Assembly: GCA_963772375.1 (NCBI GenBank)
Contig: CAVYXG010000005.1
Span: 557,339 to 621,338 of the forward strand
DNA: 64,000 bases
Source: an uncultured Actinomycetes bacterium
GTDB taxonomy: Bacteria; Actinomycetota; UBA4738; JACQTL01
Direction of reading: 5' to 3'
A model generated the notes under the pieces. The model ran no database searches, was not told the origin of the DNA, and was given only the letters and a program-made list of their open reading frames with translations. Positions 25,782-36,777 of this stretch are shown one piece after another. Each line of letters starts with the position of its first letter. The stretch's first letter is position 1. The translations under genes and the position numbers were made by a program.

Positions 25782-26692
25782 TCGGCGACGGGCGCGATCC
25801 CGATCTGGTCGAGCCAGTCGCCGGTGACGCGGACGAACCGCTCCGGGTCCTCGAGGTGGGGGATGTGCCCGAGGTCGTCGAGGACCTGCAGGTGCCAGTC
25901 CTGACGAAGCGCGGCCAGCGCCCGGGTCGCTTCGAGCGGGACCAGGCGATCCGAGTCCCCGGTCAGGATCAGCGTGGGCGCCCGCACGGCCTCGATCGCC
26001 GCCCGCAGCCGGTCGGGGTCCGTGAGCAGCGCGACCATCGTCCGAGCGGACTCGAGGAACCCGGCGTCGCGCTCCTCGTCGAGGTGCTCGGCGAGCTGGT
26101 CGACGTGCTCGGTGACGATCTCCGGCGGGATGCGTGACACGTCCACGCAGCACATCGCGAACACGTACTCGACCAAGCCCCGTGGTCCGGCCGACTCCCG
26201 GAACATCTTCAGCAGCTGCTCGCCGACGCCGGGCGTGGCGTAGGCGGCGAACGTCTGCGCGACCAGCGGGTCGCCTTCGCCGATCGACGGCATCGCCGCG
26301 TCCACAAGCACGAGCGCGGCTACCCGGTCGGGCGCATCGCCCGCCTCGAGGATCGAGAGCACGCCGCCCATGGAGTTCCCCGCGAGCACGACCGGGCCCT
26401 CGGTCGTGGCCGCGATGAAGTCGTCGAGCAGGACCTGGTTCGCCTCGATCGACGAGGATCTGGTCCGCCGCCGCGTGCGCCCGTGTCCCGCGAGATCGAC
26501 AGCGAGCACGCGGCCGCGCTCGGCGAGCAGCGGGCCGGCCAGGGTCCAGTTCAGGGCCGAACCACCCAGCCCGTGGACGAGCACGAACGTCGCCTCGCCG
26601 TTCCCTTCCCACTCCAGAAACTGAACCGGGATGTCGAGGTCGATCGTGTCGGAACGCGGCACTCGAGCGGCCGGTCGGGCGGGGGCTTCCAT
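25778..26692 (-). CDS. Alpha/beta-fold hydrolase
   Basis: FVLVHGLGGSALNW, nucleophile elbow VVLAGNSMGG, C-terminal DDLGHIPHLEDPERF (catalytic His region). Confidence 0.75.
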   Translation of the reverse strand: MEAPARPAARVPRSDTIDLDIPVQFLEWEGNGEATFVLVHGLGGSALNWTLAGPLLAERGRVLAVDLAGHGRTRRRTRSSSIEANQVLLDDFIAATTEGPVVLAGNSMGGVLSILEAGDAPDRVAALVLVDAAMPSIGEGDPLVAQTFAAYATPGVGEQLLKMFRESAGPRGLVEYVFAMCCVDVSRIPPEIVTEHVDQLAEHLDEERDAGFLESARTMVALLTDPDRLRAAIEAVRAPTLILTGDSDRLVPLEATRALAALRQDWHLQVLDDLGHIPHLEDPERFVRVTGDWLDQIGIAPVAE

Positions 26693-26731
26693 CTCCGAGA
26701 TGCTACCCGCGGCAGTCGGGTCCGGCGGGGT

Positions 26732-27802
26732 TCAGACCTTCGAGGGGTCGATGCGGGCCAGGCCTTCACCGCCGTAGTTGGCCACCCACAGGTCGCCGAA
26801 ACCCTCCTGCGCCACCGAGTAGCCCGGCTCGAGCTCGACCTTCGCCGTTACCTTGGCGCTCCGGGGGTCGATGCGGAGCACCCTGCCCGTGATGCGGTCG
26901 GGATACCAGACCGATCCTCCCGCGGCATCCGGGTCGCCCACGGACCGAGGAGTGGTGTGCGCCCCGCCGACGAACCGGTTCGTCTTCGTGTCGAGCTCGG
27001 CGAACGCGCCGTCGGCGTGAGAGACCCACAGCGCCCCGGTGGTCTCCGCGAACGTGAATGGGTCGTCGTGGGGGTCCGGGATGACGGCCACGCGCTTGTT
27101 CGTCTTCGGGTCGATCCGGATGACCGTGTTGTCGAGCTGGGAGGTGGCCCACACCGCGTCGCCGGTCACCTCGAGTCCGTACAGGACCTTGCCGGCTGGG
27201 ATCCTGGCGACGACCTTCGCCGTCGTGGGATCGATGCGGAGCACCTGGCCACCCTCGCGGTTGACGATCCACACCGAGCCGAACCCGGCCTGCACGTCGT
27301 ACACCTGGCCGCCCGCCGGGATGGTGGCGAGGGTCTTCCCCGTCTGCGGGTCCACCTGATCGACGACCTCACCGGAGACGCTCCCCACCCAGACCGATCC
27401 GCCGACGAACACCACCCCGCACGGGCTGCCGTCGGTCTCGTAGGAGGCCACGACGGCGTTCGTCTTCGGGTCGATCTTCTGGACCTCGCCGTCGCCGTAC
27501 GCGGTGACCCACATGAACCCGCCGCCCTCGACCGAGGCGCACGGCTCCAGGCCGGTCGGAACCACCGCCACGACGCCCCGGGCCAGCGGGGAGGGGCTCG
27601 GGCTCGGAGTCGGAGCGGCGGTGGTCGGGGGCGGGGAGGGAGCGGTCGAGCCGGGCTGGGTCGTGCCCGAGGTCGCCGGCCCGGACGTCGCCGCCGGGGT
27701 CGGCGGGGCCGGTGCGGACGTGGCCTTCGGCGGGGTGCTGCCGCTCCCGCAGGCCGCGGCCACCACCGCGGTCAGGGCGAGGGCCGCCTCCGCGACCACC
27801 AT
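26732..27802 (-). CDS. Lipoprotein with YVTN/Vgb-type beta-propeller repeats
   Basis: Lipobox LALTAVVAAACGS and Pro/Thr/Ser linker. About 6 repeats of the form G.VWV....G.V..IDP.T.KVVA.IP. Start taken at the ATG that gives the signal peptide; the ORF extends to 27862. Confidence 0.65.
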   Translation of the reverse strand: MVVAEAALALTAVVAAACGSGSTPPKATSAPAPPTPAATSGPATSGTTQPGSTAPSPPPTTAAPTPSPSPSPLARGVVAVVPTGLEPCASVEGGGFMWVTAYGDGEVQKIDPKTNAVVASYETDGSPCGVVFVGGSVWVGSVSGEVVDQVDPQTGKTLATIPAGGQVYDVQAGFGSVWIVNREGGQVLRIDPTTAKVVARIPAGKVLYGLEVTGDAVWATSQLDNTVIRIDPKTNKRVAVIPDPHDDPFTFAETTGALWVSHADGAFAELDTKTNRFVGGAHTTPRSVGDPDAAGGSVWYPDRITGRVLRIDPRSAKVTAKVELEPGYSVAQEGFGDLWVANYGGEGLARIDPSKV

Positions 27803-27939
27803 CCGCCGCCGGATGCCCCGGGCACGCCTGTGCTCCATCGCCGTCCTCCTCGCCTCGAACACACCCCTGGCGGGGCGAGGCTAAATGGGCGCGAGGGCAC
27901 GGCGCTTCCAGGATCGTGCTCGTTTTCGGCGAGCGCGGT

Positions 27940-29349
27940 TCAGGCGCCGGGGCCGGTCATCCGCTCCGGGACCACGGCGGCGTCGTATTCGTCCTCGGTG
28001 AGGTAGCCGAGCTCTAGGGCGGCCTCCTTGAGCGTGGTGCCCTCGTGGTGGGCCTTCTTGGCGATCTCGGCGGCCTTGTCGTAGCCGATCGACGGGCTGA
28101 GGGCCGTGACCAGCATCAGCGAGCTCCCGACGAGCTCGGCGATGCGCTCTCGGTTGGGCTCGATGCTCACCACGCAGAACTCCCGGAAGGTCCGGCAGGC
28201 ATCGGCCAGGATGTTCGTCGAGTGCAGGAAGTTCCGGACCATGACCGGCTTGAACACGTTGAGCTCGAAGTTCCCCTGCGAACCGGCGAACCCGACCGTC
28301 GCGTCGTTCCCCATCACCTGGACGCACACCATCGTCATGGCCTCGGACTGGGTCGGGTTGACCTTGCCGGGCATGATCGACGAACCGGGCTCGTTCTCCG
28401 GGAGCTCGAGCTCGCCGAGGCCGGACCGGGGGCCCGAGCCCAGCCACCGGACGTCGTTGGCGATCTTCATGAGCGACACGGCGAGCGTCTTCAGCGCGCC
28501 GTGGGCGAACACCATCGCGTCGTGAGCGGCGAGCGCAGCGAACAGGTTGGGCGCGGAAGTGAACGGCAGCCCGGTGAGCGCGGCAATCTTCGCCGCGGCC
28601 GCCTGGCCGAACCCGGCGGGGGAGTTCAACCCGGTCCCGACCGCCGTTCCGCCCACCGCCAGCTGGTACAGGCCGGGCAGGGTGGACTCGATGTTCGCGA
28701 TGTCCGCGTCGAGCTGCGCGACGTAGCCGGAGAACTCCTGCCCCAGCGTCAGCGGCACGGCGTCCTGGAGGTGCGTCCGGCCGATCTTCACGATGTCGGC
28801 GAACTCCTCCGCCTTGCGCTGCAACGCGTCCCGGAGCTCGCGCACGGACGGGAGCAGCTTCTGGACCACTGCCGTGGCCGCCGCGATGTGCATGGCCGTC
28901 GGGAACGTGTCGTTCGACGACTGGGACATGTTGACGTCGTCGTTGGGGTGGATCGGCTTCTTGGACCCCCGCGTGCCTCCGGCCAACTCGATCGCCCGGT
29001 TGGAGATGACCTCGTTGGCGTTCATGTTCGACTGCGTGCCGCTGCCGGTCTGCCACACGTACAGGGGGAAGTGGTCGTCGAGCTTGCCGTCGATCACCTC
29101 GTCGGAGGCCTGGACGATGAGGTCGGCCTTCTCGTGGCTGAGCCTGCCGAGCTCGCGGTTCACCAGCGAGGCCGCCTTCTTGAGGATGCCGAAGGCCCGG
29201 ACGACCTCGACCGGCATGCGGTCGTCACCGATCGAGAAGTGGTGCAGGGAGCGCTGAGTCTGCGCGCCCCAGTAGACGTCGGCGGGCACCTCGACCGCGC
29301 CCATGCTGTCGGTCTCGGTCCGGGTCGGTCCCTGCGCATGTTCTGTCAT
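27940..29349 (-). CDS. fumC: Class II fumarate hydratase
   Basis: [20 protein letters not shown] signature, [38 protein letters not shown] at 29349 (MTEHAQG...). Confidence 0.9.
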   Translation of the reverse strand: MTEHAQGPTRTETDSMGAVEVPADVYWGAQTQRSLHHFSIGDDRMPVEVVRAFGILKKAASLVNRELGRLSHEKADLIVQASDEVIDGKLDDHFPLYVWQTGSGTQSNMNANEVISNRAIELAGGTRGSKKPIHPNDDVNMSQSSNDTFPTAMHIAAATAVVQKLLPSVRELRDALQRKAEEFADIVKIGRTHLQDAVPLTLGQEFSGYVAQLDADIANIESTLPGLYQLAVGGTAVGTGLNSPAGFGQAAAAKIAALTGLPFTSAPNLFAALAAHDAMVFAHGALKTLAVSLMKIANDVRWLGSGPRSGLGELELPENEPGSSIMPGKVNPTQSEAMTMVCVQVMGNDATVGFAGSQGNFELNVFKPVMVRNFLHSTNILADACRTFREFCVVSIEPNRERIAELVGSSLMLVTALSPSIGYDKAAEIAKKAHHEGTTLKEAALELGYLTEDEYDAAVVPERMTGPGA

Positions 29350-29509
29350 GGTGGTCGTGCTCCTTGGAACGGGATACCGGGGAATGCGCCCGACTCCCAA
29401 ATCCTACGGATCGCGCGGCCCCCCGGGCCCGGATCGCCGACTACGATGCACGCCGGTGGAGGGGACGACGGCCGATCGCGGTGTCCGCGGGGACGATTCG
29501 CTCCATCCC

Positions 29510-30337
29510 GTGACGCGCGCGTTGCTGTGGGTGGTGGTGGTCCTCGCCCTCCTCGCGGGGGTCGAGCTGTTCGTGCTCACCGACCACACGGAGCGGTTCT
29601 TCGCCTGGACGATCGACCCCCCGCTCACTGCCGCGTTCCTCGGGGCAGCCTACTGGTCGGCGTCCGTCATGGCCTTCCTCTCCGTGCGTCCGGGCAGGTG
29701 GTCGGCGGCGCGCCCGATGGTCGTCGGCATCCTGGCCGTGACGCCGCTGCTGCTCGTCGTCACGCTCGTGCATCTCGCGATCTTCCGCATGGACAGCGTG
29801 TACGGCATCGTGTGGTTGATCGTGTACGCGTCGCTCCCGGTGCTGACGCCGGTGGCGGTCGCGCTCCAGGTCCGCAGGACCACGTGGCGGCCGGCCACCG
29901 TCCCCATCCCGCGCGCGGTGGTCGTGCTGATCGTGCTCCTCGCCGCCGGGCTGGTCGCGATCGGCCTGACCCTGCTCGTGGCACCGTCGGCCGCCGAACG
30001 GTTCTGGGCGTGGCGGCTGGCCCCGCTCTCGGCCCGGGCGGTCGGGGCATGGTTCGTCGCGTACGGCGTGACCGCGGCGTGGATCGCGTGGGAACGGGAC
30101 CTGGTCCGTTCCGCGGCCCCGGCAGTTGCCTATGCGGTGTTCGGGATGCTCGGCCTGGCCGCCCTCCTCCGCTACTCCGGCTCCGTCGACTGGGGATCGT
30201 CGAGGACGTGGGTGCTCGTGGCCGCGCTGGCGCTGTCGGCGGCGGGCGGCGGAATCGTCGCCGCGCTCGCGGTCCGGGAACGTCGCCGGGGCGGTGTGCC
30301 GGAGCCCGAGGCGCCGACTACCGCTGGAGGACCTTGA
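29510..30337 (+). CDS. Integral membrane protein of unknown function (six TM helices); start uncertain
   Basis: Hydrophobic helices LLWVVVVLALLAGVELFVL, AAFLGAAYWSASVMAFLSV, MVVGILAVTPLLLVVTLVHLAIF, IVWLIVYASLPVLTPVAVAL, VVVLIVLLAAGLVAIGLTLLVA, WFVAYGVTAAWIAW. No recognised motif. Confidence 0.45.
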   Translation: MTRALLWVVVVLALLAGVELFVLTDHTERFFAWTIDPPLTAAFLGAAYWSASVMAFLSVRPGRWSAARPMVVGILAVTPLLLVVTLVHLAIFRMDSVYGIVWLIVYASLPVLTPVAVALQVRRTTWRPATVPIPRAVVVLIVLLAAGLVAIGLTLLVAPSAAERFWAWRLAPLSARAVGAWFVAYGVTAAWIAWERDLVRSAAPAVAYAVFGMLGLAALLRYSGSVDWGSSRTWVLVAALALSAAGGGIVAALAVRERRRGGVPEPEAPTTAGGP

Positions 30338-30917
30338 GTGGCCGGTCCGGCCCCAGCCCCAGCTCCCCCATCACGCCGAGCAGCCGGGACAGTACGACGG
30401 CCTTCTCCGCCCCGCCGACGTCGACCGGGTCGAACCCGATGTCGCGGGCCAGCCCGGCCGCCGTCTCCTTGGCGTCCGCGTCGTCGCCCGCCAGGAACAC
30501 GCTGGATGCCTGCCCGTCGACCTCCGGGCGGGTGAGGTTGGTCGCGTAGACGTGGTTCCAACCCTTCACCACGCGCGCGCCGGGCGCCCATTCCTGGATC
30601 CGTTCGGTCGTGGAGACGTCCGGTTGGATCCTCCCGTCCACGTAGGGGTTCGTGATGTCGATCAGAACCTTCCCGGTGAGGTCGCCCAGCCGAGGGATCG
30701 TCGCCTCGACGCCAACCCAGGGCACCGCCAGGATGACCACCACGGCGCCGTTGGCGGCCTCCGCGTGCGTCGCCGCTCCCGCCGCGCCGGACTGTCGCAC
30801 GGCCTCCTCAGCCGACAAGGGGTCCCGCGAGCCGAACACCACCTCGTGCCCGGCCTTCGTCAGGCCGGTCGCGAGGCCGGTTCCCATCCTGCCCGTCCCG
30901 ATCACGGCGATCCTCAT
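30318..30917 (-). CDS. NADP oxidoreductase, coenzyme-F420-dependent family (NpdG/Fno-like)
   Basis: MRIAVIGTGRMGTGLATGLTKAGHEVVFGSRDP Rossmann N-terminus and overall ~200-aa length, typical of F420H2:NADP+ oxidoreductase family members. Confidence 0.7.
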   Translation of the reverse strand: MRIAVIGTGRMGTGLATGLTKAGHEVVFGSRDPLSAEEAVRQSGAAGAATHAEAANGAVVVILAVPWVGVEATIPRLGDLTGKVLIDITNPYVDGRIQPDVSTTERIQEWAPGARVVKGWNHVYATNLTRPEVDGQASSVFLAGDDADAKETAAGLARDIGFDPVDVGGAEKAVVLSRLLGVMGELGLGPDRPLKVLQR

Positions 30918-30971
30918 GCCTCGGCTCCTTTGTTGACTGGATGCGAGGCAGAACCCCGTCCGCGCGGGCGG

Positions 30972-33900
30972 TTATTCCTCGGCGGTGGGGCTCGGGCTCG
31001 GTGACGAACCGCCCGCCGGACACAGCGCCGCGAGGTCCACCCCGGTGCCGAACGGCGGGAAGACCTGGCACCCGAGCCGTGGCGACAGGAGCGTCCCGGC
31101 GACGGCGTAGCCGGTCCCGGTCGCCGGGACCAGGTTCGCGACGGGCCCGGCCAGGAACTCGAGGGCACGCTGGTATCGCTCGTCGGCAGGGGCGCTTGTG
31201 ACCGCCGCCGCGGCGCTCGCCACGCCGGGCGGCAGCCAGGCCGCCGGGATGTACTCCCCGAACAGCAGCGGCATGTACGAGGCCAGGTCGGGCCAGTCCG
31301 GTCCGGACCCCGCCCCGCGCACGTCGTAGCCCGCCGGGTGGTCGTGGATGGCCTGGTAGGGGTTCTCCTCCTCGACGGTGTCCACCTGGAACCCCACCGA
31401 CTCGAGCTGCTGCACGACCGCGTCCTCCTCTCGCCGGCACGAGTCGCAGTTCGTCGAGACCGGCATGGTCACGTGCACCGGCGTGCGTTCCTGCAGCAGC
31501 CGGTGGGCGGCCTCCAGGTCGGGACCGTCCGACGAGAAGGGCATCTCTGGCAGGCCGGGGAAGTTCGGCGCCACCAACCCCGCGTCGGCGACGATTCCGG
31601 TCGGATAGTCCCCCCCGTACGCGGCCGCCAGCGCCGGTCGATCCAGGGCGAACGAGGCCGCCTTGCGCAGGTCGGGGTCGGAGAACACGTGGCCCTTCGC
31701 GGCGTTGAACTCGACGTAGTTGGTGAACAGGCCGACCGGCACCGGGGTGTAGACCGGGCCGCCGGTGGCGGGCGACTCGAAGCGCTTCGCGACAGGGCCG
31801 TCCGGGGCGAGGAGCGGGTCATACATGTGGATGATGCCGTCCCACGACCCGTCCCGGACCCGCTCCACCGCCTGGCCCGGATCGACCCCCTCCCGCAGGG
31901 CGATCGCGTCGAAGTGCCCCGGATGGGGACCCGCGTAGTTGGGGTTCTTCTCCAGGATGGCGTACTCGCCGTTGAACGCGTCGGCCGTGTAGTAGCGCCC
32001 CGCAGCCGCCGTCACCTGCCGGCCCGCTCCGCCCGGCAGCGGCTCGCCGACGCCCTCCGGCACGACGGCGGAGTCCGTCGGCACGGGGCAGAAGAACGGC
32101 ATCGTGATGCGGGCCAGGAAGTCGGGCGACGGCGCCGTCAGCATGATCGTAAGGGTGTTCCCGGAAGCCCGGAGCCCGGAGATGTGGTCGGCCGTTCCAT
32201 TGCGGAACGCGTCCTCGCCCTCGATGTCGGCGACGAAGTAGGGGCCCGGTGCCTGCTCGCCCATCGCCCCGGACAACGCGCGTTCGATCGAGTATCGGAA
32301 GGTCTCCGCCGTGACCGGCTGGTTGGACGGCGGAGAGAACTTGAACCCGTCGCGGATCGTGAAGCGGTAGACGCTCCCATCGATCTCGAGCTGGCTGGCC
32401 ACCTCGGGTTGCAGCGTCGCGCCCTCGGAGCCCTCCGCGTCCGCGTAGCCGTACAGCGGGGCGCACGTCGCGTAGGAGATCTCGAAGGCGAGGTTGCTGA
32501 ACGAGATCGCAGGGTCGCTGTCCATCTGGTACGGCTCCACGAGCAGACGGGCGACGTCGCCACGCAGCGCGTCGATGCGGTCCTCGTACGTCCGGCCCGG
32601 GTTGAGCTGCACCAGCACGGTCCCCGAACCGGCCGCCACCGACTGCAGGGGATGGGCGAACGCGAAGTCCCTCGTCTGCCCCGTGAGCGCGTCGATCGCC
32701 GTGACCGTGCCGGCGTCCTGGTTGCCGACCCACAGCTCTTCGGAGTCCTCCGCGTAGGACACGACCCGCGCTCCGTCGCCGGTCGAGTAGGTGTCGACCA
32801 CCTTGCCGGACGGATCGATCTTGTCGACCTCCCCCTTGGTCTCGTCGGCCGTCCACACGAAGCCGCCGCCGGCCGTCAGGTAGCCGGTACCGCCGGGCGC
32901 GTCGGTGTTCGTGGTCTCGAGCGTCTTCGGGCTCAGTCGGACGAGGTGATCCCCGCCCGCCACCCAGATCGAGCTGCCGTCGTACGCGAGCCGGAAGGAG
33001 CTCGGGATGATCCCGACCGTGTCCACCACCTTGCCGGTCGTGTCGAGGTGGTGCACGAAGCCGTCGTCGGACCCCACCCACAGCGTGCCGTCGACCACGA
33101 GCGGCCAGCCGAGGCCCGAATGTTCCTTCGGCACCGACCAGGCCGGCTCGAGCTGACGTCCTCGGGAGAGCTCGATGCGGGCGATCCCGTTCCCGTTGTG
33201 CTGGGTCACGTACAGGATCCCGTCCGCGACCGTGTAGTAGGCCACGTCGTCGAACGGCGAGTTGATCCGCCGGATGATCCTGCCGGTCTTGGCCGAGATC
33301 TCGACGAACTGCAACGGGTCCAGGTTGAACACCCAGTAGCTCCCCCCCGAGAAGATGGCCTCGGCCGGCAGGTGCACCTGGGACAGCGGGATGAATGCCT
33401 GCTGTTCGCCGGTCGTCGCTGAGACGAGCGCCATGCCGGCCGGCGTCGCAGCGTCCACCTCGCCGCCCTTGCCGCCGAGGACTGGCGGGAGCAGAAAGGC
33501 GAGGAGCGCGACCACGATCGCGACGGCCCTGCCGGCCACCACGAGTCGTCGCTTCGAAGATCGCTGTCCCCGCTGCCGGGGCGGCTTCCCATCCGGCTTC
33601 GACCGCCGTCCCACCGTGGGGTACTCGACGGTCTCGAACCCGAGCGCCGCCGCCGCCGCGTTCGCCATCTCGCCGGCCGACGCGTAGCGGTCGTCGGGCG
33701 ACTTCGCCATCGCCTTCCCGATCACGTCGTCGATCGCCGCAGGCAGCTGTGGGTGGTCCGGGGTCAGCGTCGGGGCGGTTCGGAGATGTGGGCGAACATC
33801 AGCGCCGCGTCGAACTCCGCCGTGTAGGGCGGATGTCCGGTCAACATCTCGACCAGGACGCACCCGAGCGCGTACACGTCGGTTCGCCCGTCGGTGGGCT

Positions 33901-34492
33901 TCCCCTCGAACTGCTCGGGCGCCGCGTAGTCGAGCGTTCCCATGAACTGCCCGGTGCCGGTCAGTCCGCTGTCCGACGACGTCCGCCGGGTGAGCCCGAA
34001 GTCGGACAGATACACGTGCGCGCCGGCGGTCTGGCCGCGATCGGTCGCCGCGATCAGGATGTTCGCCGGCTTCACGTCGCGATGGACCAGGCCCTTCGCG
34101 TGTGCGGCGTCGAGCGCGCCGGCGACCTGGCGCAGGATCGGGACGGCAACGGCGGGCTCCGTCGGGCCGAACTCGCGGATCAGGCCCTTGAGGTCGGTGC
34201 CCTCCACGTAGCGCATGGCGATGAACAGCCGACCGCCGGCCTCGCCAGCCTCGTAGATCGGGATGACGTTGGGGTGGTCGAGGGAGGCCGCCAGGCGCGA
34301 CTCGCGGACGAACCGCTCGCGGAAGCGTTCGTCCTCGGCAAACGCCGGCGCCAGCACCTTGATCGCGACCTTGCGCCCCAGGCCGAGGTGCTCCGAGAGG
34401 TACACGACCGCCATCCCGCCGTGGCCGAGCGCGGACTCGATGCGGTAGCCGGCGAACTCCGCGCCGGGCCTGAGCTCCGGTGGGCCGCTCAC
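30972..34492 (-). pseudogene. Hanks-type Ser/Thr protein kinase with TM helix and extracellular beta-propeller + SBP_bac_5 (OppA/DppA-like) domains; reading frame broken by a 1-nt shift near 33764-33790 (genuine frameshift or homopolymer sequencing error)
   Basis: Kinase domain in ORF 33764..34492 (GHGGMAVVY, VAIKVL, HRDVKPANILI, DFGL, GTLDYAAPE) ends ...FAHISEPPRR*. The kinase C-lobe continues in the other frame (TLTPDHPQLPAAIDDVIGKAMAKSPDDRYASAGEMA) from 33863, through TM LVVAGRAVAIVVALLAFLL, propeller repeats (LWVG..., IWVAGG...), then an ~500-aa SBP_bac_5 domain (QLEIDGSVYRFTIRDGFKFS...). The shift maps to a C-run (gaaccgccccgacg). Confidence 0.7.
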
Positions 34493-34623
34493 CCCGTTCC
34501 CCCTCGTGAATCGCGCTCCACGCCCGCCCTCCCGGTCGGCGGGCCGAGTCTATGAACTCCCGCTCGCCGGGAACACCGTGGTAGCCACAGGGACATCCAG
34601 CGCCTCGGGCCCGGGCGGGAATC

Positions 34624-35535
34624 TCACGCTTCGTCGGTGCGTGCGGTGGTCGCGAGGACGCCGAGCTCGGTCAGGGTGGTTCGCAGTTGGTCCCGTTCGT
34701 CCTCGGTGAGGGGGCGGAGGGGAGCCCGGCAGTCGGGGCCGAGGGGCACGCCGCGCATCCCGAGGACGGCCTTCATCGAACCCGGGACGGGGAACGCCTG
34801 GACGGCGGAGCGGACCCGGGCGGCGCGTTCGGCGGCCAGGCGGTCGCCGCTGCGCACCACGTCGACGACCAGCTCGGGGAACGCCGTGGCCAGGCCGCTC
34901 ACCGCGCCCACCGCGCCGCGCTCCATGCCCTGCAGGATCAGCGCCTCCGGCCCGACCAGCACGTCCACGCCGTCCAGCAGGTACGGCTCGAACCGTTCGA
35001 ACGGCGCGTCGCTGACCTTCAAGCCGACGAAGTTGGGCGCGGCGTCGCGCAGACGGTGCAGCACCTCGAGCGGCACCGCGTACCCGCTGCGGCCGGCGAA
35101 CTCGTACACGTAGAACGGCACCGGAGCGCAGGCCCGGGCGGCCTGGTTGAAGTGCCGGAACAGCTCGTCGTCGTCGAACGGGTAGTACGGCGGGCCGATC
35201 ACGGCGACGGCGTTGGCGCCGTGCTCGCTCGCATGCGAGGCCAGCGCACACGTGGCCGACGTGGTCTGTGCGCCCGCGTGAACGGCGACGCGGAGCCGCC
35301 CGCCGGCCGCTTCGAGGAACCGCTCCACCGCCAGCCGGCGTTCGTCGGGCGACAGCATGATCCCTTCGCCGGTCGTACCCAGCGCGAGGATTCCGTCCAC
35401 CTCGCCGTCGACGAGGAACTCCACCAGCGGGCCGAACGCGTCCTCGTCGAGGCGTTCGCCGCCCTCCCGCAACGGCGTCACGGCCGCGGCCAGGGTTCCC
35501 CGGAGCGGCCCACCGCCACCGGTAGTCATCGACAT
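34624..35535 (-). CDS. Dihydrodipicolinate synthase/N-acetylneuraminate lyase family (class I aldolase); candidate pyrroline-4-hydroxy-2-carboxylate deaminase-type enzyme
   Basis: ILALGTTGEG (GTTGE motif), Schiff-base lysine context FVGLKVSD, ~300 aa. 3 nt downstream of the DAO gene. Confidence 0.75.
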   Translation of the reverse strand: MSMTTGGGGPLRGTLAAAVTPLREGGERLDEDAFGPLVEFLVDGEVDGILALGTTGEGIMLSPDERRLAVERFLEAAGGRLRVAVHAGAQTTSATCALASHASEHGANAVAVIGPPYYPFDDDELFRHFNQAARACAPVPFYVYEFAGRSGYAVPLEVLHRLRDAAPNFVGLKVSDAPFERFEPYLLDGVDVLVGPEALILQGMERGAVGAVSGLATAFPELVVDVVRSGDRLAAERAARVRSAVQAFPVPGSMKAVLGMRGVPLGPDCRAPLRPLTEDERDQLRTTLTELGVLATTARTDEA

Positions 35536-35538
35536 GGG

Positions 35539-36723
35539 CTAGAGCGTATCGAGGTCGCGTTCGACGAGCTCGCGGTCCAGCCGGAACGGGTTGTCCGCGG
35601 CGGGTATGCGGCCGGTCATCACGTCGGCCAGGATCCGCGCGCAGGCCGGGCTCGCCATGACGCCGTGGCCGCTGTCCCCGGTGTGCACCCACAGGCCCTC
35701 GACGGACGTCTCGCCGACGAGGGGCCGGTGGTCGGGCGACATCGTGTACTGCCCGGCCTGCAGGAACCACGCCGGCGCGCCGCGTTTCCACACCTCCCGC
35801 CAGAACGGCGCGATCCGCGCGACCGACAGCGGGCTGGCCGGGTCGAGCACCGCGAAGGCGAACCCCGGGTCGAGCGGGACCCGGTCGGTGGGGGGACTGG
35901 GTTCGGTCGCGGGGTCGGTGCACAGGACGGCCGCGCCGCGCAGGAACGGACGCCAGTGCGTTCCCGTGTCGTCGTCGATGGTCATGGGCGCGCCCGGCGG
36001 CACGTCCGCCAGGTCGGGGAACGTGAGCTTGTGCCGCCGGACGGTCTCGACCGGGAGCGACACGCCGGCCAGCCGGGCCACCTCGCCGGAGAGCGGCCCG
36101 CAGGCGATGACGGCCCGTTCGCAGGCGATCGAACCCCGCGTCGTCTCCACGGCGCGCAGCTGCCCACTCCCGACGTCGAACCCGGTGACCGCCGTCGAGA
36201 CCGCGACCGGGGCTCTGGAGGCGCTGACGAGACCGAGTGTCAGCTGCTTCGGGTCGAGGAACCCGTCGCCCTGCCGGAACCGCGCCTGGATCACCTCCGG
36301 GGCGACGAACGGGAACCGCCGGCGGACCTCGTCGCCGTCCAGCACCTCGACGTCGTCGAGCCCCCATCCGCGCTGGCGTTCGACCAGCGAGCGCTGCCAG
36401 CCGGCGCGCTCCGCCGAGGTGGTCGCGAACAGGTACCCCTGCTGCCGGACTGCCGGGTCGTGGTCGTTCTGCCCCGTGACGTCGGCGAAGTGCAGGAACA
36501 GTTCGACGGATTCGCGGATCAGCGAGATCTCCTCCGCGTTGTCGAACTGCAGGCGGAACGCCCCGGTCGCCACCGACGTGGTCAACGTGCACAGGGATGG
36601 GCGGGCCTCGAGCAGCACCGGACGCAGCCCGGCCCGTGCGGCCTGGAAGGCCGTCGCGGCCCCGATCACCCCGCCGCCGATCACCACCAGGTCCGCGGTC
36701 CGCGGCAGCTCGTCGACCGGCAT
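35539..36723 (-). CDS. FAD-dependent oxidoreductase, DAO family (D-amino-acid/hydroxyproline oxidase-like)
   Basis: N-terminal ADLVVIGGGVIGAATAF dinucleotide-binding motif, C-terminal GLWVHTGDSGHGVMASPA. ATG at 36723. Length computed from the in-frame tail of the 615-aa track ORF. Confidence 0.8.
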   Translation of the reverse strand: MPVDELPRTADLVVIGGGVIGAATAFQAARAGLRPVLLEARPSLCTLTTSVATGAFRLQFDNAEEISLIRESVELFLHFADVTGQNDHDPAVRQQGYLFATTSAERAGWQRSLVERQRGWGLDDVEVLDGDEVRRRFPFVAPEVIQARFRQGDGFLDPKQLTLGLVSASRAPVAVSTAVTGFDVGSGQLRAVETTRGSIACERAVIACGPLSGEVARLAGVSLPVETVRRHKLTFPDLADVPPGAPMTIDDDTGTHWRPFLRGAAVLCTDPATEPSPPTDRVPLDPGFAFAVLDPASPLSVARIAPFWREVWKRGAPAWFLQAGQYTMSPDHRPLVGETSVEGLWVHTGDSGHGVMASPACARILADVMTGRIPAADNPFRLDRELVERDLDTL

Positions 36724-36777
36724 CGCCGAACCGTACCGCGTGTGACCGGTGCCGGATGCGGGAAGGTTCCAGGGGCG

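Noticed and set aside
34550-36777. 680-aa minus ORF and the N-terminal 690 aa of the 898-aa plus ORF 34687..37383
   Set aside because: Alternate frames of the DHDPS-family and DAO genes. Only the last 201 codons of the plus ORF (LigD-PE) show a real domain.
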